DNA from: Diploschistes diacapsis
Lineage: Eukaryota
NCBI GenBank assembly: GCA_023645945.1
Contig: JALAIB010000005.1
Span: 1 to 56,081 of the forward strand
Direction: 5' to 3'
DNA length: 56,081 nucleotides
Part shown: positions 48,167-56,081 of the stretch, one piece after another
Numbering within the stretch: the stretch's first letter is position 1
How the letters are laid out: every line of letters begins with the position of its first letter
Translations under genes and position numbers: made by a program
Notes under the pieces: model-generated
What the model was told of the DNA's origin: nothing
What the model saw: the letters and a program-made list of their open reading frames with translations, nothing else
Databases searched by the model: none

Positions 48167-49757
48167 TAAGTCTTAGTCCTCCTTTGTAATCAAATTACAG
48201 GTAATACACTGGATAAATTTCAAAAAATACTTTATAGTAGATTTGAAGCGAAACATCCTTAAGGGTGAACGTTCAACGACTAATATTATCAATCCAGCTT
48301 TTATAATTTATTGTTTAATCCACAGGATCAATTTTATAAGCTTATTGTAAGCTCAAGGTTTATGCTAATTTACTTATAAGCTATATAAACCATTTTATAT
48401 AAAACATGTTAAATATATATAAACTAAAAAAAAAGGAAAATCTTACCAAGTTTAAATATAATCAAGGGGATCTTTATGGTAAATTAAAAGATACAATTCC
48501 GGCTAGTAAAGAATGATTTAATAGCATTTACGCTTATAATAAAAATAGCTTAACACTGTTACCTATAGCAGATAATGTTGTAAGTAAGATAATAAAAAGT
48601 TATTTTAACATGTTTTCTAGCAAAATAGAAAAAACAAAAACTAGACGTATGGATCTTAGAGCAAAAATCAGATCAGCTCATAAAATTTGAGTAAGTAAAC
48701 CTGAAATTAAACATACAAATAGTAAGTTAACAATAACTTTGTATATATATGATAGACAATCTAGCTATATTGCGAACAAGTTAGTCAAGATGGAACCTAT
48801 GTGACAACCGAATATGATTAATGGATATTTCAAAAATATATCATTAATATATAATAGAATATCAATATTATTATCAAATATTAATAAATTAAATAATACT
48901 TTATTAAAAATATTTTTAAAAAATAAACATAGAAGCCTTAAAAGCAAAGACCCTTTGCTTTTAAAATATATTAGTGAAATTTTAAATAAAGAAGTAACTT
49001 ATTTAAGATTTAAGCAAATTATATTATTCAATAGATTTAAATTTAATACGTTTATTTCATGTATAAAACAAATTTTGCAAAAACTTTACAATAAAAATGT
49101 AGAATTCAATCTAGTTTCATTAAAAAATTTTCATCTTAATAGTAATATCTTATCTCAAATTATAACAAAAAAAATTAGAAACAAAAACAATAATCCTACA
49201 AGAGTGTTAAGAGCTTCTCTAAGAAAAGTTAGAACACCTGTTTTAAATGATAAAACTGTTGAACGAAAAAAAACTAAACTAATAGAAGCGCAAAACTTAA
49301 TAGTTCGTGATTTAATAGAAATAGATAAAAAAAACTTTGATTTATGTTTAACTAACAATAACAAATGGTATAAGGACAGTGATTTAGAAATTGCGGTCTT
49401 AAATAATACCAAATATAAACTAGTTAGTGGTATAAAATTAATGGCATCAGGTAGAATAACTAGAAGAATAATAGCTGAAAGAGCTAGATACAAAGTAATA
49501 TCTATAGGTTCGCTTAAAAATATAAATTCATCGTATAAAGGGTTATCTTCAGTAATGGTAAGAGGTTATATGAAATCTAACATAGAAAACACATTGCTAA
49601 GATCAGAAACTCATGTAGGGGCTTTTGGCCTAAAAGGTTGAATTTCTAGTTATTAGTTATAGTTATAATAAACAATAAATATATAAAAGAAAGAAATAGT
49701 CTGAGCCATTTTGCAAAAAATGGAAATAGAGAGTAAATTTCTATGATAACACTTTTG
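48167..49757 (+). mobile_element. rnl group IA intron (mL2449/2450 site) hosting rps3
   Basis: Inserted at CTAGGGAT|AACAGG; core GTTCAACGACTA and GAAATAGTCTGA. Confidence 0.93.
48406..49656 (+). CDS. rps3: Ribosomal protein S3 (S5/Var1 type)
   Basis: PASKEWFNSIYAYN, VSKPEIKHTNSK, YNKNVEFNLVSLK, GRITRR...GAFGLKGWISS. Confidence 0.93.
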
Positions 49758-50352
49758 AACAGGCTTATTGCGCAAGAGAGTACAAATTGAGTGCGCAGTT
49801 TGGCACCTCGATGTCGGCTTAGCTTACCCACATGAATGCAGGAATCATGAAAGGTCGGACTGTTCGTCCGTTAAAAAGCTACACGAGCTGGGTTAAATAC
49901 GTCGTGAGACAGTATGGTTTCTATCTTCTAGAGGAAATTAAAGTAAAATAGGAATAGCCCCATTCTACGAAAGGAACTGGGTATGTTAACCTATGGTATA
50001 CCTGTTGTTTATGCTCTGATATTAATGCTACCTCTACAGGTAGTAATACTCATTAAAAATGAGTAGAGATCTTATTTTACACTAAAAGATTGTTTGTAAC
50101 ATAGGCATGGCAGGAAAGCTACGTTAGCCAAAAATAAGTACTGAAAGCATATAGGTACGAAATACATCCTTAGATACTTTTATATAAAAGTAGTATAACA
50201 CTACATACAAAATTGTATACTTTTTCCTAAAAAAAAAGGTAAAAAACACAATTTATTAATAGGCTTTAGTTTTAAGATTTTTGATTTTTTGAGGCATAAA
50301 GTACTAATTTTTTTTTTTACTGTTTAATACCATATCTTAATGTTGTATTATA

Positions 50353-50423
50353 GCCTGGTTAGCATAAAAGTAATGCAACCGTTTTGTAGTCGGTGGAAGT
50401 AAGTGCGATACTTGCACTGGGCT
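50353..50423 (+). tRNA. trnT: tRNA-Thr(UGU)
   Basis: GCCTGGT/ACTGGGC acceptor, TTTGTAG loop. Confidence 0.88.
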
Positions 50424-50430
50424 CCGTAAA

Positions 50431-50502
50431 GGCCCAATGGTCAAATGGTCAAGACGCAACTCTTTCAATGTTGATATGGGGATTCGAATTCCCCTTGGGC
50501 TA
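50431..50502 (+). tRNA. trnE: tRNA-Glu(UUC)
   Basis: GGCCCAA/TTGGGCT acceptor, CTTTCAA loop. Confidence 0.9.
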
Positions 50503-50505
50503 CCA

Positions 50506-50576
50506 TGTGGATTGATGTAATAGTAACATAACTGGCTCATGTCCAGGGTATAAAAGTGCAAATCTTTTGTCCACAC
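50506..50576 (+). tRNA. trnM: tRNA-Met(CAU)
   Basis: TGTGGAT/GTCCACA acceptor, CTCATGT loop. Confidence 0.88.
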
Positions 50577-50579
50577 ATT

Positions 50580-50652
50580 AAGGCTATAGCTTAATCGGTA
50601 AAGCGTACTGCTCATGATAGTTCTAATAGGTGTTCAAGTCACCTTAGCCTTA
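50580..50652 (+). tRNA. trnM: tRNA-Met(CAU)
   Basis: AAGGCTA/TAGCCTT acceptor, CTCATGA loop. Confidence 0.9.
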
Positions 50653-50658
50653 GCTTAA

Positions 50659-50740
50659 GTCCGAGTGCTGGAATTGGTAGACAGGGTAATCTTAAGTTTT
50701 ATTGATGAAAATCATGAAGGTTCAACTCCTTTCTCGGATA
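50659..50740 (+). tRNA. trnL: tRNA-Leu(UAA)
   Basis: GTCCGAG/CTCGGAT acceptor, CTTAAG loop, long variable arm. Confidence 0.85.
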
Positions 50741-50892
50741 CTATGTATTATTATACACTATTATTTATAAATGGCCAGTTACTATATAATCTAACTATTA
50801 TGTGAACTCAGACATTTTGTACTATATTAATAGAGGGGAGCCCCCCAGATTTTCTATATGGGAAAAAAGTTAACTATATAGCTAGAGGGGCA

Positions 50893-50964
50893 AAGGAATT
50901 AGCTTAATGGTAGAGCAATCGTTTTACACACGATAGGTTGAGTGTTCGAGTCACTTATTCCTTA
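50893..50964 (+). tRNA. trnV: tRNA-Val(UAC)
   Basis: AAGGAAT/ATTCCTT acceptor, TTTACAC loop. Confidence 0.9.
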
Positions 50965-51198
50965 TTTATTTCTGGTACTATAATTAAATATATAACTTCT
51001 ATATAAACAAAATAACTAACCATACTTTTTAAAAATTTAAATAAAACCCCTTTTTTTCATTATTTGTGCCTATTTTACTGTTAAGATCAAAAAACAAAGG
51101 TATGTAAAACATATATTATAACTGATTTAACGGCAAATTATTTTGCAAGGGGGGGGGGGGCAATTATAGTATAATAATATATTGCATTTAGTACTCAA

Positions 51199-51270
51199 GG
51201 GGATATAGTTTAATTGGTAAAACTGCGATTTTGCATATCGTCATTCTAGGTTCAAGTCCTGGTTTCTCCA
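51199..51270 (+). tRNA. trnA: tRNA-Ala(UGC)
   Basis: GGGGATA acceptor, TTTGCAT loop, GGTTCAAGTCC. Confidence 0.88.
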
Positions 51271-51277
51271 AAGTAAA

Positions 51278-51351
51278 GCTCAAGAAGCTCAATCTGGTAG
51301 AGCGGAACTCTGAAGATGTTTAGGCTGTAAGTTCAAATCTTACCTTGAGCA
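51278..51351 (+). tRNA. trnF: tRNA-Phe(GAA)
   Basis: GCTCAAG/CTTGAGC acceptor, CTGAAGA loop. Confidence 0.9.
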
Positions 51352-51555
51352 GATGAATAAAAATAATTATTAAAGTTACTTGTTTGGCGGTTATTTATTG
51401 GGCAGTTATTTCATTCCTTATTTTCGCTGTTAAACCCGTTTTAGGTTTAAAACTTATCCACGTATCCCATCTAAAAGGTTTAAGAAATTTGGAATTGGTA
51501 AGCCTTTGGTTGTCGTGATTGATACTTAAAATAATAACCATACTAGTATATAAAA

Positions 51556-51895
51556 ATGGATATAGTTCAATATGTGGAACAACTGTGTGTGGCATAGTAA
51601 GTTTTCTGTTCAAGTCAGGGTATACTCCTAATAATAAATTAACATAAGACAGTATTAATATATTTTTATTAAATATTCTTAATTACGTGTTATTAACCGA
51701 AAAGCTTTAGAATTGTATCGTATAAATATAGTAAAACGAAAGTTTGTGATTTACTTTATTAAGAGTGATAAATCTGTCAATTACCAGGATAAGGTTTGTA
51801 GGCCAAGTGTAAAGAGAGTGTTTTATCAGGAAACCTTATAGAGCCGAGTATACAAAAAACTGGTTCAAACCTGCTAATAGCAATAAGTTATATAA
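51556..51895 (+). repeat. Duplicate of trnH and the cox1 upstream region (degenerate trnH copy at 51556-51628)
   Basis: Colinear with 53772-54190 apart from small deletions. Confidence 0.88.
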
Positions 51896-52685
51896 TAATT
51901 ATACTAGTATATACTGTAGTATTTTATACATTATAGAAGATTATTATAAAAAATTTAAATTTATTCTTGTTTGGTTTTACGGGTTTTAACACAACCTTTA
52001 TCATTACTGGTAACATAATATTATTTATTATAGTCTTAACATTTGTAAAAACACCTAATAATAAAGTAAAATATTCTATTAATTTAGGTTTAAATATTTT
52101 AATATTAAATCTATTTTTTTTATTTAATTGATACATGGTGAATTCTTTATTTTTTTATGCTATGTCTATAGATGCAACTTTATAAATTACATGGTAGGTA
52201 AAGGTGGTTCAGATGATCCTGGTAATGGCTCAGAAGGTAATGAGCAACCTAGTGGGGGACCACCGACCACCTGGTGAAGACCCTGATGGATCTGAGCACC
52301 TGGTTGCTCAACCATAAATAAGTAAAACTAAAAGATCTATAGCTGACCTAGAACAAGCAGAATAAAATGGTGAAAACCTAAGTAAAGAAGAAACTTAGTA
52401 ATGCAAAATATAGAAAAAAGATTAAAGAGAAAGCAAAAGATCTTCCTAAAAGATCTATAGCTCAGCTTTCCATATAGAGAAGCAGATGAAAATGGTGAAA
52501 ACCTAAATAGATTAGAAAAGATGAGACTTAACGGTGCAATACATAAAGAAAAGATAAATAAATATTAGATTACAACCGAAGTATAGGTAAGGTAGTTCTT
52601 TTACTATAATAAGTTATCAAACTATGTACTATATTGTTAACTCATTGATGTGTTAGACTCTGTAGACCTTATTAAGGTCTAAAAA

Positions 52686-52768
52686 ATAGGTATGCTGGAA
52701 TTGGCAGACAGTTTCCACTTAGGATGGAATGGAGATAATCCGTGCAAGTTCAAATCTTGTTACCTATA
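52686..52768 (+). tRNA. trnL: tRNA-Leu(UAG)
   Basis: ATAGGTA/TACCTAT acceptor, CTTAGGA loop, long variable arm. Confidence 0.9.
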
Positions 52769-52799
52769 AATGGAAAATGTAATATGATATAGTTTAAAT

Positions 52800-53413
52800 G
52801 AAAATGGATTTATTAGTGACAGAAATAATAAATATTTGAGAAAAGGCCCTGGTATTTACGTTTATAGATTTAAGTTGGATAAAAATAAGATATAGATTGG
52901 TTCAGCTGTTAATGTTGCACAGCGCTTTAGACAGCATAGAAGTTTGATTTATAAAACAAATAATAATAAGTTATATAATTTAGGAAATAAGTATGTAAAA
53001 ATAACAGCGATATTGTTCTAAATGGGATAATATTGTTAGGTAGAAAACAACATTATTTAGATAAGTACTCCTCACCTAATTTTAATAAAGTAGCAGGATC
53101 TATCTTGGGCTACAAGCATACGGATGAAAATAAGCTAATATTTTACTCAGCTCGTATACGTATAGGAAAGTCCTATAAAAAGAGTGCAAGAGTTAATGCA
53201 AAATCTTTAGTTACTAAATATACTATTATTAAACTAAAGTTGCGTGCCAAGGGGGCTATAGTACGTATATATGACAAATGTTATAATTTAGTTAAACAAT
53301 TTAAAACTATTAAGGATGCAACTAATTTTGTAGGTTTATCTCCTAGTAGTGTTAGTAAATATATAACAAAAGGTACTATTTGATATAATACTTATTATTT
53401 TAAATTCAAGTAA
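52800..53413 (+). pseudogene. Free-standing GIY-YIG endonuclease remnant between trnL and trnQ
   Basis: PGIYVYRF..KI*IGSAVNVAQRFRQH, FNKVAGSILGYKHT, FKTIKDAT. Confidence 0.8.
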
Positions 53414-53697
53414 AATGAAAAAATTCTTAATAAAAGAAACCAATCTGATTTCCAGATTATTTTTTACATGGAGACTAGGGTAATACTGTTAACAATAAAA
53501 ATTAGAAATCACATAAATTAAGTATACTATATAAGTTTAATAGTTTAATAATGGCTTTACAAATACTTAATAAAGTAGATACTTTTTAAAGTTTAAAGCT
53601 GATAAATTTTTAAATGATAGATTTAAATTTATTATAACAAAATAGTATTTAATATTATTAAGGACTATCTGATTTATAATCGTCGGACCTACCTTAC

Positions 53698-53770
53698 TAT
53701 GCTGTAGACTAATCGGTAAGTCATAAATTTTTGGTGTTTACACATAGGTGTTCGAGTCACCTCAGCATAA
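53698..53770 (+). tRNA. trnQ: tRNA-Gln(UUG)
   Basis: TATGCTG/CAGCATA acceptor, TTTTGGT loop. Confidence 0.9.
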
Positions 53771-53771
53771 A

Positions 53772-53845
53772 GGTGGATATAGTTCAATAGGTAGAACAAC
53801 TGTATGTGGCATAGTAAGTTCTCTGTTCAAGTCAGGGTATCCTCC
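53772..53845 (+). tRNA. trnH: tRNA-His(GUG)
   Basis: ACTGT-ATGTGGC-ATAGT anticodon arm, CTCTG-TTCAAGT-CAGGG T arm. Confidence 0.85.
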
Positions 53846-54206
53846 TAAGAACAAAATAGATAATTCTAACAAGTATTATACTTATTAAGTATTAACATAC
53901 TGTTTTATGTTAATATATTTTTATTAAATATTCTTAATTACGTGTTATTAACCGAAAAGCTTTAGAATTGTACCGTATAAATATAGTAAAACGAAAGTTT
54001 GTGATTTACTTAACTTTATTAAGAGTGATAAATCTGTCAATTATCAGGATAAGGTTTGTAGGCCAAGTGTAAAAGAGAGTGTTTTATCAGGAAACCTAAT
54101 AGAGCCGAGTATACACAAAAATTATGAAAAAAATATACAAAAAGAACAAAAAAACTGGTTCAAACCTGCTAATAGCAATAAGTTATATTATATAAATTCT
54201 CTAACT

Positions 54207-55810
54207 ATGTGGGTAGAGCGTTGGTTGTGTTCATCAAATGCGAAAGACATAGGTACTCTATACCTTATTTTTGCATTATTTTCTGGTCTTATAGGTACAG
54301 CATTTTCTGTCTTAATTCGACTTGAACTATCCGCACCTGGTGTACAGTTTATTAAAGATACTCAACTGTATAATAGTATAGTAACAGCACACGCTATTGT
54401 AATGATATTTTTTCTGGTCAAATTAAATGCAAATATGTTAAGTGAAAATTTGAATCTAGCATCTTACTTGCTCTATCGTAAATTTAGCATGATTAAAGTT
54501 GGTGAAGATTATAATAATGATAAAAATAAAGGGTTTAAACCTGAACATAAGTACGTTAAAGTATTAGTAGAAGACCCCTATAATAACAGAGATATTATAC
54601 TTAAATTAACTAAAAAGCAAAAAGGAGTTTATGTATGAGAAACGTTAGATGGTGAAAATATATATGTTGGTCATTCTATTAACTTATATAACCGTATAAG
54701 TTCTTATTTTATGCCTTCAATATTAAACACTAAAGCGCGTAGAGTTCTTAGATACTTAAACAAACATGGTTTCAGTAATATAAAATTAACTATATATATC
54801 ATGAACATTGAATCTAGTTTAGATGAAGTAGTGGCCTTAGAGCAACATTTTATTGATACACTTAACCCAAATTTAAATGTAGATTTAGTTGCTAGTAGTT
54901 CCGGTTATCATGAGCCAATGTCTCAAGAACTAAGAGATAAACTACGTAAACAAAGAGGGATACCTGTATATTTATACGATTATAAAACTCTTAATCTATT
55001 ATATATATTTGAGTCGAAACAAGATATGTATAGTTCAATGAATATTCATCATAAAACTTTAAACGATTGTTTAGATTTAGGTAGCTTATACCTAGATTAT
55101 TTCTTTTTATCATTAGATATGCTTGAAAGTGAAAACATTAACCTTTTAACACTAGATAAAGTTAAAACTTTGATAGTAGAAAAAAGGGATTTATATAAAG
55201 CTAAACATCCTGCAGCTAAACCTATATTGGCTGAATTTAAAGGTGATGAGAGTAAAAACTTAGAGTTTGATTCATTAAATAGTTTAGCTAAACATCTTAA
55301 AGGGGATCGTCAAGTAATTAGAGAATATTTAAAAGGAAATAAATCTGGTTATTATAGAGGTAAATGAATATTTATTTATCAAAAAAAAGACACTTAACAT
55401 AAAAACATAGTTTTCTTACTTATCTCAAGACGTTAAGTAAGAAAAAGAGGCATGGCCGGGTAAGGCAGAAATGTTTTACTTTTTTTTCACTGTATGCTGG
55501 AACACCTTTAGAGCTCTTATAACTAGTAATACAAGCTTTCTTATTTGAAAAGCGGTATGATACAGTTACATTATAAAAGATTAGGCAATCAGCAGGAAAC
55601 CAAAGATATTTGGGCTTTTAAAGCATTAAACACTTATATTGAGTAGGTTCCTCAGAGACTACACGTGAAATACCTTATTCAGTATACTATTGAAAGGTAA
55701 AGATATAGTCCGTCCCGTAGTGAAAATTATGGGGGTAAGCGTATGCCGGCTATGATAGGAGGGTTTGGAAATTTTTTATTACCATTGTTAGCAGGAGGTC
55801 CAGACATGGC
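54207..55810 (+). CDS. cox1: Cytochrome c oxidase subunit 1, 5' part; exons 54207-54418 and 55742-55810
   Basis: [16 protein letters not shown]...[33 protein letters not shown]. Confidence 0.96.
54419..55741 (+). mobile_element. cox1 intron 1 (position 212, group IB) with intact in-frame GIY-YIG ORF 54419-55397
   Basis: [33 protein letters not shown]; core TATGCTGGAA, AATCAGCAG, TCAGAGACTACAC, AAGATATAGTCC. Confidence 0.92.

Positions 55811-56081
<271 letters not shown>

Larger units (their letters stand above)
45690..50330 (+). rRNA. rnl: Large subunit rRNA, exons ~45690-48166 and 49758 to ~50330 (outer ends approximate)
   Basis: GAAGTGAATTGAAACATCT, GTACCTTTTGTATAATGGGTC, AAGGAACTCGGCAAA, GAAGACCCTATGCAGCTTTAC, GCTAGGGAT|AACAGGCT, GGCACCTCGATGTCGGCT. 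Confidence 0.95.

Overview
Almost complete AT-rich mitochondrial genome of a filamentous ascomycete (Pezizomycotina type). TGA codes Trp, so the supplied ORF track breaks most genes into pieces. All core genes are on the + strand: cox1 (split across the window ends, middle exons absent), atp9, atp6, atp8, nad2-nad3, nad4L-nad5, nad1, nad4, rnpB, rns, cox3, nad6, cob, cox2 and rnl with intronic rps3. There is also a full tRNA set and about 13 group I introns with LAGLIDADG or GIY-YIG ORFs. Decayed linear-plasmid DNA polymerase B and T7-like RNA polymerase genes lie on the minus strand. Unusual features: (1) cob runs into cox2 in frame with no stop. (2) Cox1 and Nad5 each carry a 270-300 aa in-frame C-terminal extension; the two share a 2-helix/K-x-TMG/KK-x-M-xxx-MD module followed by unrelated tails. 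nad6 is separated by a single TAG from a 403-aa in-frame orphan ORF, and similar decayed ORFs are scattered through the spacers. (3) A PD-(D/E)XK-like nuclease pseudogene and a GIY-YIG gene appear serially inserted at trnI. (4) A chimeric tRNA-like sequence with a UUA (stop-reading) anticodon lies next to ORFs broken by in-frame TAA/TAG. (5) A duplicated ~185-nt structured non-coding element follows both extended genes. Coordinates were counted by hand; rRNA and pseudogene ends are approximate.
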